From contig OZ024741.1 in assembly GCA_964016885.1 (NCBI GenBank), positions 50,468,001 through 50,532,000 of the forward strand: DNA of 64,000 nucleotides, in the 5' to 3' direction. This DNA comes from Eledone cirrhosa. Lineage: Eukaryota. The translations under genes and the position numbers were made by a program. Position 1 is the first letter of the stretch; each line of letters opens with the position of its first letter. The notes beneath the pieces are model-generated. The model did not search any database, was not told the DNA's origin, and saw only the letters and a program-made list of their open reading frames with translations. Of this stretch, positions 1 through 13,829 are shown piece by piece.

Positions 1-189
1 GCTGGGGTAGGGATTGGAGAGGTAGATCTAGGATGGGTGGGGTGGACTTATCTGGTGATGGGTGGGTTGTTAGGACACGGTAAATGTAGGGAAGGGAGAA
101 GGTGGTGCAAACTAGATGTATGCTTCAACCCGTGCACATGTGAAGGTGGGTCTTCTGTATCACTGCATAATGCCAGAGATCTCAATCCT

Positions 190-1385
190 GTGTCATCGCC
201 TTTGAGAGGTGCAGTTGTGCAAGGTCAGCTTTTATCACCTCATCCCAAGTTTTCCTACTCTCCTGCATACTGCATGTGATACCTCTTATGCCCAGTTTCT
301 CTCTCAGTTCATTTATGCTTTGCCATTCATGTATATTACACATCCATCAGAGCATGCAAGTTTCATTTCTTTCCAATATATGTAGGTCCTCTGCACACAG
401 TGCCCATGTCTCACAGCCATACAGCATTGCAGTTTCTATACATGCCTCATACAATCTGTCCTTCATTTTGAAGGAGAAGCCTTTTGTAACTAGCAGCGGT
501 AGTAGCTCCCTGAACTTTTTCCCATTCTCACTCTCGCTACTGTACTTTTAGAACACCCACCTTCACTGCTAATTTGGTTACCTATGTAAAAGAAACTGTC
601 AACTGCCTCTCTGGTTCCCTCTACGAATTTGATAGAGCTTGTTTCTTGTGAGCATGTGTTGCTTACTGCTCCTGTGCAACACCCATATAGTTTGCTACAC
701 GCTGAGCAGAACCGTTTCCCAAAAGGGATCAGGTGCTTGTTTTCCTCACTAATTACTAGAACTTTGGTCTTCGCCAAATTAACTTTAAGAACTTTTGATT
801 CCAGGTTAGGAATTTTTCTCTATTCCTGCTATAGATTCAGCTATGAGAGTTAGATCATCTGCATACAGGAGTTCTCAAGGGCATCCTGTTTTAAACTCTT
901 TTGTTATAGGTTGGAGGATGGTGATAAAGAATAGAGGGCTAAGAACGGAGCCCTGGTGGACTCCTACACCAAGCTAACATTGATCTGTAAAATTGGGGGG
1001 TTTGCTGTGTATTCTAATTTTTTGTGTATGAGCCCCCCCCCCCCCCCTAACTGAAGTGCCACAGGCTCCCCTACGTCTAAATCCAACCATGGCCGGATTT
1101 GTCCTATATGTGGTAGCAGTTGTTTGACACAACCCTGCAATAGACACACTAAGCTCCTTATAGTCATTATTCATTTTAATCTTGCTGACTGTACATGGCT
1201 TATACTGCCCTCACAAGCCACTCTACTCCTACTTTCCTAAGTGTCTGCCAAAATACAGAATGGGGGGTCCCTCAAAAGCTTTCTTCATGTCAACAAATGC
1301 TAAGTAGAGGGGTTTACTTTTCGCTAGGTACTTCTCCTGCCTCACAAGGAAGAGAACATCCATGATATTTTTACCTGGCACAAAT
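190..1385 (-). mobile_element. Degenerate RTE-type LINE, RT and C-terminal part (frameshifted; boundaries approximate)
   Basis: Minus-strand fragments translate to RTE-like motifs (AFVDMKKAF, LAKTKVLV, VDSFFYIGNQISSEGGC, ETWALCAEDL) and match other copies in the window. Confidence 0.8.
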
Positions 1386-1779
1386 CCTTAAAGTGGTTTG
1401 GCATTGGGAAGGGCATTCAGCTGTAGAAACCATGTCAAAATTGGAATATGAGCGAGATGTGGCCTCCAGCACACTAGAAAGTGTCCCTGATAGAGTACTG
1501 ACTTGGTCCAGGACATGACTGTCCTTGTATTAGACAGTTTACTTTGTGTTGACATTTGATAGCAACAAGTGCTGCTATGAATAACTCTTATCCCAAAGTG
1601 TGTATGCTTGCGACTGGAAAGTAATATATCCAACAAAAATCCAATATTAACATGGATACATGCACATGAGTGGGTTTCAGTTTGACCAGTTGTACCTTGA
1701 ACCAAGGAAATGGTTGACATAGCAACTGGTATCACTTTGTGGTCACTTGTTAAATAGCATACCGGAATTTGTCCAGCCC

Positions 1780-2030
1780 CTTCCTCATTGAACCAGTCGC
1801 CATTGAGACTTCAGGCATCCTCAGACTCCTGACAGCCAGCATCTTCCATAAAATCAGATCAATTGCAACCCATCTAAGGAAAGTGCCCTGGAAGGTGGGG
1901 TAGCTGTTGCAGCATGTGTTGCTGGCCATTGTCTACAGAAATGCCTTTGCCATTTTGTCCATGGGGCGCAGTCGAAACACCGTTCTGAGCTAGGTGTAAA
2001 GCCTGTCATCCTTCCTCCTTTCTTTCTTCC
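1780..2030 (-). mobile_element. 5' region of the same LINE family
   Basis: Reverse complement aligns with 28915-29120 (shared QRHFCRQWPAT translation), which lies upstream of a LINE endonuclease fragment. Confidence 0.55.
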
Positions 2031-3113
2031 TTTGTCTAGTAGTCTTTGTTCTTCCCCTCCTTTTCTTCTCATTTATGGCATTTATAGTCATTTCCAATGT
2101 TGCTCTCTTTTTCTGTATGTTTAACCTAATAAATTAGTGTACTATGATGGAAAATTATAGTAGGTCAACTCTGACTGGTGCATTGTTTAGCCCAAAGACA
2201 TCTCTGATCAGGCATACCCAAAAGCATTCTAGCTATTACAACCACACCCTTGTGAGCCAGGGATGATATTATCCAAAGTACCTGTTTTTTTTTAAGAAAG
2301 TAGTGTGGCCTTTCAGGTAGATTTGGCTACCTGAATGTTTGGTAACCACATATAGACTCTTTGAAACTAACAGTGGCATATTGTAATATGGCGTTTTATG
2401 AGAGGTTAGAATTTACCATTGTTGAATATAACATACTTAAGTGGATTAGGGATTAAAGTATTTTAAGAACTGAGAGAAATTATTGGAATGGTATTCATCA
2501 TCATTGTCGTTTTAACGTCCGCTTTCCCTGCTAGCAAGGGTTGGATGGATCCATATAGACCAAGTCAGTACAGAAGTGGAGCCCCTGATCTCCTAGGCAG
2601 GCCAGGTACTTGTGCGCTAATGTACAGTTTCACGTTCCATCATGTGCTGAGGAGAGGTTGTCATGCCTTTGACACAATTGAGGGTCCTCCCAACCCTTTG
2701 TTTGGCAAGATTTCTACAGCTGGATACTCTTCCTATCACTAACCACTTTACAGGGTATTATGAAATAAAATCTTTGGAACTGATCCAGTTAAATTTATCT
2801 GTTGCCAAACCTTTTCTGTTTCTGAATATCTTTCCTACCTTCTTACTGTTAACTGCTCAACTATGAAATAAAAGTGTAACATGTATTTTGTTCAGTCAGA
2901 CAAACTGTGAGAGAAGAGAGTTAGGTTCCTTGCTTAAGAGGCTCATCACACTGAGAGTGGTATGATGTGAACTTATGACCATATGGTTAATAGTTCAATA
3001 CCTTAACACTCCCACCTACTCACACATACATACACTTTGTTTTGATTATAAATATTGTTTGAGGCTAATTACTTTAACTCATATTGTGACCACTTATTAA
3101 ACTTTATTTCCAG

Positions 3114-6100
3114 CCACGAAGATTATGAATTCTCTGAACCATCAGAAAAAGTTCTCCTAATGTCATTGAAGAATTCCTCAGCAGTTAATTCAAAAGTCGA
3201 CAAACAGTCTGAAAATCACTGTAGTTCTTCAACGGTGCATTCACCGCCTTCCTCTGGTGTCTTCAAAAACGTTCCTCCCCGGAAGCAATTAGTGACAGAA
3301 TCTGATGCCCAATTATTGGAATTAGATATCCGTACTGCTCCAGTCAACATTGTGTCGCCAAAAGCTACAAAGATGTCTCCAGACAAATGTTTGAAAAGTC
3401 CAACTCGAAGTCCATTCAAATGTTTATTTAATTCACCTAGTCGTTTGGATCCCCATTACGATAAGTCGTCTCCTTGCAACAAACTGGCCAAAGAGCGAGG
3501 TATTTCAGTGTCAGAGATAACTAACAAGGTAGAACCTTTACTTTCACCATCAAAACCCTTTGAATCCCCAAACAAAATAAAAAGACATATATCAGTCCTA
3601 CAAAATAACACCCTACTTGACTATATTGCCCCTAGTAAATCTTTAAAAAATTCAGAACAGGAAAAACACAAAGCTTATCTGAATAGTCTTCCCCCACAGC
3701 TGGAAAAGTTTCCAATCCTTAAATGTAATAAGGCACCAAAAAGTGAAAAATATGTAGTTGGTGAACAACAAAAAACTGAAAGATCTCCTCCAGTTTTGGA
3801 GAGGTGGGATAAATTAGCAGCAAATTCTTCCACAGAAAACAGTCCAAACAATAATCACGCTGGAGTTCAGATGAAGCGTACTTTTCGTTCATCATCCCAC
3901 AATAAATCACGATCTAAACGTCGGCGTTTATTCAAGCTGGGGGAGAAATGGCAGGTTTTGAGCCAACAGAGTGTGAAGAAAATATTATTTTGTGATGAAT
4001 CACCTGAGTCATTTGTAGGTTTTCACCCACAGGAAATCTTTAAGAATGATTATTCCTCAGATATTTCTTTTGAAACTGTTTCTGAAGTATTTCTTACTGA
4101 CCATTCTGATTTTGAATGGACTCTGGGCAACAGTGATGGCCCTTTCAGTGAGCCATCCTCACAAGCAGCAGGTGCTAGCCAAACATTTGTCCCTCAAGAT
4201 TCAATACGAGAAGGCTACCCTAGCTCTGAACCCTTGGTTCACCACAGTCCAGATATAGGGAAAAAATCCACTCTGTCAGCTCAAGTGCCTAAAGGTGGCA
4301 GCACTTACATTAGTCCTCACACAGGATCTGTTTCAGAGTCAAAACTCACTGCTGTTTCAAATACTCAGCATTCATTTAGTGAAGATTCTCTAGGTAAACC
4401 TGAAACCACAGCATCTGAACTGAATCTTTGTAATGAGCCAGTAAAGAACTCTACAGATGCCAGTTTCCAACACACTACACCAATTACTATACCTGTTCAC
4501 AATTTTCCAAACCCTCTTATCCAAGATATAGAGTTTTCTACACAACTGAATTTTCAAAATCTCGATTCTGTTGCTTCTACCGTATGTAATTTTGATATTG
4601 TAGAAAGTTCTTTCCCTCCATCACTCCCAACTACCTCAGTCAATACTTACAGTGGTCTGCCCTCTACTGACATAGACTGTCTACCCAATTCTGCTGCCAT
4701 TTCAACTGTGCAATCATTTCAAATATTCTCACCATTGTTTTCCTGTGAAAACTCTGAACTCCCTGCCATCCCATCAGTGCCTGATCAGGTTCAACTACCT
4801 CAACAGGTTTCAGAATATAAACCTCCAGAACAAAATATCTCAGTAGACAGTCAGGGGGCTGTAGATTTTCAAAACTGCCTGCCACCTGATTTGCCTAGTG
4901 TGCACAAACAAAGATGTACTACCTCTGCCTCCCTTCAACCTGACGAGGCTCAGCTTCCACTGAATTCTACCGTTATCTATGACCCACTACCTGTATTAAA
5001 CTTTGAAAGTTCATTTAACTTACCTGTGCAAAATTTTGAGATGTTGCCAAGTCTCGTAACTGCTGTTGCAGTAAACACTACATTTTCACCACTGTCTACC
5101 ATACTTACTGCCCCTCTGACTGCTGAAGCAAGTATTTCTCCAGATCTTCCTCTCCAGTCTCAGTGTGACTCTACCCCAGATGATGAACCTGATGACAATG
5201 ATGTGGTGATCATATCTGATACTTCTGTTCCTCTACCAGATTGTTTATCTGATAACAAAGAGGAAACACTTGATGTCAAAAATGCTAATCATCAACATTC
5301 ATCAGTGCAAATGGTAGAGCTAGCATCTTCAAGCCAGTTTGACTCTTCTGCTGGCTCAGAGGCAAATCAATTAACCTCAGAACAACGAGCCATTTCTCCA
5401 GTCGTTGGCTTTGTTTCATTATCCAATTTTGCCACTTCCCGTGTTGAAGATTGTGGATTATCAGGGCGCCATGATATCAGGATTCAACCTTCCATACTTT
5501 CTCATTCCATGGAATCATCATCAAAATCTGCAAAACCTGTTGTACAAAAGTGTAAACCAAATAAAATTCTTTGTGGTTTTGTCACCAGTTGTGAAGACCA
5601 AGGTTCTAAGCAAACCATAGATACTGACCCAATTCCAATAGTAACACAATGTATGTTACTGTCTGATTATAAAAGTTCTCAATATATCAGTGCTTGTTCT
5701 TCAGATTCTCAAACCTCTAATAGTGCAAGTGTTTCAAAGAGTGAAAGTGATACGACTGACTCTTTGGTGAAGCTAACTGTGGAAAACACTGATGCATCAG
5801 ATGAGACCTTGACGACTTCAGACTGGAATGTTTTAAAAAACGACAGCTATGCTGAGATCAAAGACAGTGGTTTTCTCAGCATTGAAGAACTAACACCCAA
5901 AAAATCTCCTTTACTCATTGATTCTAAAAGCAGTGGGTTTTCCAAAAAGTTTGCAAAGCTGGCCAAACCTTGTTCAGTGGTGCTGGAGAAAACAGACTTG
6001 TTTCTAGCTGACAAACAAAACATCTTTTCAGTTAAACGAGCTGACAATACCATTACTAAATCCCCAGAAATGGTTTCAAAACCACGGCTTTTGAAACGTC

Positions 6101-6201
6101 TTTCAGACACACACAAGACTTTTCGATTGGACTATATACATGGCAACACAAATCGCAAATTCTCACCGCGTTCATTTACCCACAAGACACGATGCAAATG
6201 A
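3114..6201 (+). CDS. Large terminal coding exon (~1029 codons) of an unidentified Ser/Pro-rich, probably disordered protein; upstream exons not identified
   Basis: Uninterrupted 1048-codon ORF in AT-rich DNA; polypyrimidine acceptor actttatttccAG ending 3113 (phase 2); stop at 6199-6201; S-P-x-K/R cluster and KRRRLF motif. Confidence 0.85.
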
Positions 6202-7428
6202 TGACTTTTGCAATGTTGGTAGACTGGACAGCAGTATATGGTTAGACAGTGGGCAGTTATGTGTATATTGTATTATGGTTGTTATAATTCTGTATAATTA
6301 TATGTATAGTAATTGACCCAACTACATGCAGACAGAGATAGAGAGAGATTATTCCTTGCATTTTCATCCCAGCTCCCTATTTGTTGTTGGTTTTTACAGA
6401 TAGAGCTGAAGGAACATCTTTATTGCAGTTGTTATACAGCTTTCTTATTCTTACAGTCTCAAGTTTTGCTGTTCTTGAACAATTTAGTACTGTGCTCAAT
6501 ATTCGTTAAATTTGTAATCAACCAAAATAACTGATGTTAGCTATTTAAATATCCCCACAAACACTACTACAGACAGACTACCTCTAGCATGACAGTATTT
6601 AATTCAGCAAACCGTTTTTTTTTTCCATTTTTCTTTTTAAATTACAGTAGCAATGTCAAGGTTTAATACATCCATTACTGGACTTGATGCTTTATCCCAT
6701 TCAGTTTCATATTTGCTCAGTTCTGATAAGATTTATGACATTGTGTTTATAGTTTGTGGAGGTATGGGTTCTTTTCATGGGAATCTCTTATTTGTAAAAT
6801 TGGTTGAGTTGAGAGTCCTGCTTTGTCTGAAATTTCTATCATATATGTTGTAGTAATATGTAACCACAACTGGAGGGAAATATTCTTTTTACTGGAGTAA
6901 TGGGTCAATATTAGCCCTAGAATGGAAACAGATCTACCATTGATGAAGAGAAGTACATTCTCTCACTGAATTAATAAGCCAATGTTAGCCTTGTGTTAGA
7001 AACCACCACTGAAGAGAAAATACATTCTCTCAATAAAGTAACTGGCCTGTTAGGAATATCATTTTCTTATTGATGTAATGGGTAAATTTTATCCCTGTGC
7101 TGAATAGAAGCATTTAGCAGCTCATAAGAAAAACTTCCCACAAAAAATATTAATGGATTGACATTGTTTGTCTTGTATTATAAAATTAATTATTGCTGGG
7201 ATAAAACCCTCTCTTAGAAAAAAATAAAACGGTTGGAACGATAACAATATTGACCTGTTACTAACACCAAGAAGAGCTCTTAGTGCGGAGGTAGATGGAG
7301 CCATGTGTTGTATATCCTGTTAACAAATAAGGGGACAAAACAGGAAGAAAATCATTGCAAAAAAAAAAAAGTTTTAAAAAAAAACTCATCCCAATGTTTG
7401 TGTATTATAATGTATATATAGGTGTGTA

Positions 7429-7434
7429 AATAAA
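7429..7434 (+). terminator. Candidate polyadenylation signal of the large-exon gene
   Basis: AATAAA ~1.2 kb after the stop, preceded by TGTA elements, with T/GT-rich sequence downstream. Confidence 0.45.
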
Positions 7435-7764
7435 CATGTTCAGTACCTGGTCATTGTTAATATATGAGATGAAACTGGAGTTGGTCTCGTCATTTTAAAC
7501 GAGATGTTTGATTTTTCTTTTATGTGCAAAATTAAATTTATAATTCCTTATGCCTGTTGTTTTTGTTGTTTTTTTGTGGAGGGTTGGGAGTAATTTATAA
7601 AAGTCTCGCTAGTTGCTATTGTGGAGGGTTGGGGGTCATTTATGAAAGTCTCACTATTGATGTTTTTTTTTTGGGGGGGGGGGGGGGTCATTTCTGAAAG
7701 TCTCACTATTGATGTTTTAAAAATCAATTTAGATGTTGGAGTTTTCTTGTGCTCTGTTTAACAA

Positions 7765-7951
7765 TAATTGTTTCTACGTTAGGCACAAGGCCAGCAATTA
7801 TCCAGTGCATTACTGGTACTTTATTTTATCGACCCCGTAAGGATGAAAGGCAAAGTTAACCTCGGCGGCATTTGAACTCAGAATGGCAAGGGCCGTAACT
7901 CTATACGTCAAAGCATGGCGTCCGACCCTCTCCCAATACTACCAATCCACC
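7765..7951 (-). mobile_element. tRNA-headed SINE, family B (MetaSINE-like central domain)
   Basis: B-box GAGTTCAAAT followed by GCCTTTCATCCTTACGGGGTCGATAAAATAAAGTACC and tail GCTGGCCTTGTGCC..AGAAAC; many copies in window. Confidence 0.8.
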
Positions 7952-9242
7952 GTTCTGTTTAACAATGACATTTTATCATCATCATCATCACCGTTTAATG
8001 TCCATTTTTGCACACTAGTGTGGATTAGACAGGTTGCCTCATTGTGAAACAAGCCATGTCTGGTTCATACAGTACTGGTTTTGACTTGGTTTCTATGGCT
8101 GGATGCCCTTCCTAGCACCAACCACGTGTGCTGGGTGCAATTGTTTACGAATTTGGAGGATGTGGGGTACAAACATTATGTATATTAAGCTTACACTTTA
8201 ACCATGTGTTGACAAAATATGAATATAGCAACAGCATGCTTCAGTCAAGAATTTGTCCTTTAGTATTTTCAAAACCCTCAACTGTACTTATTGATCTAGT
8301 ATTTAATAACATATTTTGTAGCTTTACATGAATTTTGTTTATAGTAGGCAAGCATCCCCATGGATGGGCCACCAGTTTGATAAATAAAGTAGCTGACCAG
8401 AAAATATCTCTAGCAGGTTTAGACTCATGAATTAGTGATCTATTGGTGTTTGATTTTCTTGTTTGTGAAGTTGTTCTAATTTTCAGTTGCTAATACCATA
8501 AATACCCAACTTTGTATATTAATATGACTCTTTAAGGAACCATCATTATGATGTGAAAACTAGATTTGGAAGAATTATGATATTTAGTTGCGCCCCTTTA
8601 TATTATAGGTTAACATTCCACTGCAATTGATGAAGTACGAAATGTTCTCCCCTGAAATTTCTTGGAAGGCAGTAACTTTGAAGAGAACTGGCTTGGTCTG
8701 TAATGATATATCCAATCCATACCAACATGGAAAGCAGATAGATATAAAAGGATGAAAGTCAGAGCATAGGACAAGATGCCTTGCAGTACTTGTTCTTCTG
8801 AGGTCAACTTTGCCTTTCATCTTTCCAGGGTTAATAAAATAAAATACCAGCTCAGAACAATGGATTGGTACAATTGTTAGACTATCAGACGAAATGCTTT
8901 GAGTTATTGTTTTGACTCTTTGCATTCTGAATTCAAATCCTGTAGTGGCCTACTAAGGTGATAGACTTAATCAATTGCACGGTCTAACACCACTACCTGG
9001 TTCTTGGGTGTCCTCATTAGAGCCCATATGAGCCTGGTTTGGAGAAACCTGCCATCAGTTACTGATGCTCTGAAAAGTGTCAGGCATTGCCCTTCCCTCA
9101 CCAATATAGTAAAAATTAATATATAACTTTGTGATATTTAGTTAATTCTCCTTAACTTTCTTAGTTCAAATCCTACGATAGTTCACTTCGCCTATAATAT
9201 TTTATGGTTTGATGGAAATCAATAAGGTGATAAAAGCCGACC

Positions 9243-9644
9243 TTACCCAACTACACCTCTCAAAGTCAATGACACACGACCGTGACTTCTGGCGTCACGC
9301 AGTAATACAGGGTACCCGACCTCCCATGGGTACATGCTGAAGCATATAAACAATATGCCCCCCCCCCCCCTCCACCGCAAGGTGGCCGTGGAGGTGCCAC
9401 GGCAAAAAAGCACCCAGCCCACACTGTAAAGTGGACGTGTAGGCGCCACGAAAAAGCACCCAGCACTCACTGTAAATGAGGTTGGTGTTAGGAAGGGCAT
9501 CCAGCTGTAGAAATCAAGCCAGATCAGTTCCTGTATGAGCAAGGCATGGTCAGCCGACCAGACACTGCCCACAACAGGACAACCCGTCTAACCCATGCTA
9601 GCGTGGAAGAACGGACGTAAAACGGTGATGATGATGATGATGAT
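9243..9644 (+). mobile_element. RTE LINE 3' end with (GAT)n tail
   Basis: Near-identical to reverse complement of 41524-41930; ends GGACGTAAAACGGTGATGATGATG. Confidence 0.8.
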
Positions 9645-9989
9645 CTGAAATGCAGATGTATTCTCCATCCTGTCGAGCCAGGACTCAGAGGTGGAGGATA
9701 CTCATTTAGACATCACAAACAATACATACATACTTATGTTATTTCATTTAAATCTCCTTTCCTTCCCTTTTGTTGTAGGATATCGGTTAAATCAAACACA
9801 AATTTGTTGCCTTCCACTTGCAAATCAACTAAAACCAGAAGTCAGACAGATTTTCTCACCAGGAGACATGATAGACATGATTATAAATGGAAATATGTCC
9901 CTAGTGATGAATGTAGCACCTAACATAAATTAGTGCTTATACTAAGAGTTAGACATACCCAGATACATGACAATGATCATCATTTTAAT

Positions 9990-11590
9990 GTGCTAGCAAG
10001 GGCTGGACAATATGGAGAAAAAGATATGAAATCTGAAGAGATAGACCTGGAATGATTGGACAGTTGGGGTTAGGAGAGAACTATACCAAAAATAAGACAA
10101 GATGTCAAGTCTATTTAGCAAAAGGAGAGGCAGATAGGAAAAGGCTGAAAGGTATAAAGTACACCATAGAAAATCATAACGTTGTTGGAGATGTATATAT
10201 GAAAACATAGCAATATGCTTGCTCTTACTAACTCTGAAAAGAAAGAAGCATGGAAGTGTTATTATGAGAGGTTGTTGGAAAGAAAGGGTTTACCACAGGT
10301 AGATCCAACAGATTTGCCATTAAAGTTAACAGCACTATAGTCTCGAGCAATTATGAATATGAAGACAGGGAAAGCAGTTGGTCCATCAGGAATAGTTGCT
10401 GAGAAACTTAAAGCATCATGTGGAGTAAGTTAGTCATTATCAACAGGTAATACAGGAAGGTTGGTGTAGCAGAATCATTGTCAACTACTACAAGGGCAAA
10501 GATGATGAACTAGAGTGAAGTAACTACAGAGGCAACAAACTGCTGCACCAAGGAAAGGGTTATTGCTGAATTGATCAGAAATAGAATAAAAGTAAATCAG
10601 TTGCACTTTAGTTTTATGCCAGGAAGAGGTACCACCATTGAGGCAACTAGCTAGGAATAAGCCCCTATATTTGTTAATCTGGAGAAGGTTTTTACTTTGT
10701 GATATTGTGGGCACTAAGGAAACTAGGGTAGATGAATGACTTGTACAAGGGAGTGTTAGCAAGGTTGAGAGTTTGGAATGTGTACAGTGATGAATTTAGT
10801 CTGCCAGTAGGGGTCCATCAAGGCCCAGTTCTCATCCTCCTATTTATTATAGTCCTTCAGGTCATAGAGGGATTTAAGACAAGTTGTCCACAGGAACTCC
10901 TGTATGTAGACAACCCAAAACTAGAAGAGCCTAAAAGGAAATTCCAGACTAGGAAACAAGACATGGAATCAAAAAGGCCATATAGTAAACTAAGAGAAAA
11001 ACCAAAGTGTTAGTAAGAAGTTAGGTGTCTGATACTATTAGGGAAGTGGATATGGAGAAAAGGTGCAGGCAGGAATTTGATACGTTGTACTCAGTGTAAC
11101 TTAAATTATCAGGCAGACAGATAGAAAAAGTAGGCTTTGTTTGTAAGTAGATGCACTAGAAGAGTTAGCAGTAAGAGCACACAAAACAACTTACTTTGTG
11201 TGCTAGAAGTAGTTGATAAGTTCTGCTATCCAGGTAATCTCATCAGTAGTGGTATTGGGTGTACCAGAAGCACGGTAGCTAGGAAAAATAACAGGGTGGA
11301 ACAAATTTAAGGGGTTGTTACTTTTGTCTCAGAATGAAAGGTATACTATATGACATTTATGTACAAACAATTCTAAATGGTAGTGAGACCCAAGCCTTAA
11401 ATACAGAAGATTTGAAGTGATTGGAAAGAAATTAGGAAAACCCGATTTGCTGGATGTATAATGTTAGCGTGCATGAACGAAAGGAAAATAGATATTAGAA
11501 GACATGAAGTGTGTGGAGGATGTTAGTTGTATAAAGAATTGCAAAGCTGTTGAAATTGATAGAACATAGCAAAGAAGTAGACCTGAAAAG
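9990..11590 (+). mobile_element. Degenerate RTE LINE RT fragment
   Basis: Translates to VGVHQG..LLFIIVLQ..CPQELLYVD RT motifs with many stops and indels. Confidence 0.75.
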
Positions 11591-12097
11591 GAAAAGAAAG
11601 AAAAAAATCCTTAACTTCTGATGGAGTCGTAGGGGGTACCCTCACTGAGTATCTTAAACCTGGTGGAACCCATCCCTCTTCAAGTCTGAACACTGTTGAT
11701 TTCTGATTTCTTCCAGAGTGAGAAGAAGATATATATAAGAAGGATTGTTCATAGTACTGGAACTTTATTTATCAACATTGAAAGGATGAAACACAAATTC
11801 AATACACTCTCGATATTCTGTAAGTGGTAGTACCATAATAAAAAACACTCAGTATATTCTGTAAAGTAGTTGGCATTAAGAAAGGTATCCAACTTTAGAA
11901 ATCATTCAAAGACTGAAACATTTGAGCAAGACGTGGTCCCACAACCTGCTTAGTCTCAGACTGTGACAACCTGTCTAACCCATGCCAACATGAAAAACGG
12001 ACGTATGATGATAACCAAACCAAAAGAGCGACTTCTACGTAGTTAATTTCCGCCAATAGAAATAGTTGCCAGATCTCCTTCTTACCACACTTATACT

Positions 12098-12716
12098 AAT
12101 TGTTTATACTTTAGGCACAAGGCCAGCAATTTGAAGGGGAGAGAAAAGTCAATTAAATTGACCCTAGTGCATTACTGGTACTTTATTTTATCGACGCCGT
12201 AAGGATGAAAGACAAAGCTACCCTCAGCGGCGTTTGAACTCAGAACGTAAAGGGCCGTAACTCTATGCCATAAAACTGTCCGAAGCTCTACCGATTAGTG
12301 CCAATCCACTGAATGTAATTCTACTACAAAAAAAAAAAATAATAATAATTGTTTCTACTTCTGGCACAAGGCCAGCAATTATTCCAGTGTATTACTGGTA
12401 CTTTATTTTATCGACCCCCGTAAGGATGAAAGGCAAAGTTAATCTCGGCGGGATTTCAAAGAGATCGTCATGGCTGGAACGCCTCAGATCATAAGCCTGC
12501 TGCATCAGGTCTGACCATGGGTTAAACAACAACAATGATCATAGTAAAGGTTGTGTGTGTAATAGTTGTTTCTACTTTTGGCACAATGCCAGCAATTATT
12601 TCAGTGCAATACCCGATAAGGATGAAAGGCAAAATTAACCGCGGCGGGATTTGAATTTAGACCGTAAAGGGGTGTAACTCTATGCTGCGTCTATGGCGTC
12701 CGACCCTCTACCGATT
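12098..12716 (-). mobile_element. Three consecutive family-B SINE copies
   Basis: Three same-orientation GGCACAA(G/T)GCCAGCAATT...AAGGATGAAAG units starting near 12100, 12345 and 12565. Confidence 0.75.
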
Positions 12717-13056
12717 CATAGTAAACATCAACAGTACTGAACGGAATGTCTTTCATATAAAATCTTTGGTGAATAGGACCAGGCTGTTGTTTTGTTTAAA
12801 GTAAACCTATGATAAAAATATTGCAATAATGACCATCTAGCTGCGTATATACAGATGAAACAATAGAGTTGCAGCATAGAGAAGTTACGATGAGGGCAGC
12901 TGTGTATAAGGCAAAAATAGGAAAATATTCTATGTGAAGAGAAGACAGCAACAGGACAATAGCATAGACTGTCTCTACGTGGTCACTTGATTTGCTAAAA
13001 ATAATAGCTGGAATTTCCTAAACTCATACTTTACCGAAAAGAAGTATACATTAGAC

Positions 13057-13221
13057 CAAGCGTGGGCAACCTTTTTTCGAGCTGTAAGCCGCATGATGTG
13101 GCTCGTCATAAGGCGGGCCGCACTACTAAAAAAAATCCAAGGCAATTTTTAAATTAGACGTGCTATTCAGAAAGCCAAACGGGCTGCATGCGGCCCGCAG
13201 GCCACAGTTTGCCCGTGACTA
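13057..13221. mobile_element. hAT/Charlie-type MITE
   Basis: Ends CAAGCGTGGGCAACC / GTTTGCCCGTGACTA; subterminal GCATGCGGCCCGCAGGCC; 8-bp TSD CATTAGAC / CATTAGAT (7/8). Confidence 0.75.
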
Positions 13222-13598
13222 CATTAGATAATGTTAAGTTTGCCTGGGGTTCACTCGGCTATTACTCCAGTTTTATGGGACAGTAAGCACCAGTCTGTTG
13301 CAAGGTTAACTTCAAGCAGCGTGGATACTCATTGTTCAATTAGCTGGATTGGAGCCAGCCAAAACGAAGTGACAAGCACGTCACTTACGACCATGCAGTC
13401 ATATGATTACTCTTATCACTAGGATAATGTAGTCCAAATAATAGATAAATATGGTATGGTTACGGCTAGAACATCTTTGATTATTGGTCTACTCAATCAG
13501 GGCTAACCTGGGGTTAAACAACAACAAGAGTAACTTCTAGAAAAAATAAAGCTGTGGTTACCGAAAACAGTACGTCTGCTCGAGTCACTCCGATGTGA

Positions 13599-13737
13599 TG
13601 ACGTCACACACAACTGACCAATGAAAACGAAAATCACACTGCAACAGACGTACCTAATTCATAATAATTTGGCAATACTAGCGAAAGCATGCTAATTAGA
13701 ATATGAATAAGTAAGAGAGAAGGAGTACTTATTAAAT

Positions 13738-13794
<57 letters not shown>
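13599..13794 (+). promoter_or_regulatory. H2B promoter: CRE, CCAAT, octamer-like motif, (TA)n at TATA position
   Basis: TGACGTCA 13599-13606; CCAAT 13618-13622; ATGCTAAT 13689-13696; (TA)n 13753-13794, 35 nt before the ATG. Confidence 0.55.
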
Positions 13795-13797
<3 letters not shown>

Positions 13798-13829
13798 GAC
13801 CTGTGATTTCACCAGTCCTTTAATACATC

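Noticed and set aside
1900-2000. Ribozyme in the LINE 5' region (GAAAC motif; also ~28920)
   Set aside because: No CUGANGA core shared by the two copies, and no HDV-like fold could be built by eye.
3055-3113. ORF-track start (TTG) of the 1048-aa ORF
   Set aside because: Lies upstream of a good splice acceptor, so it is likely intronic; eukaryotic gene.
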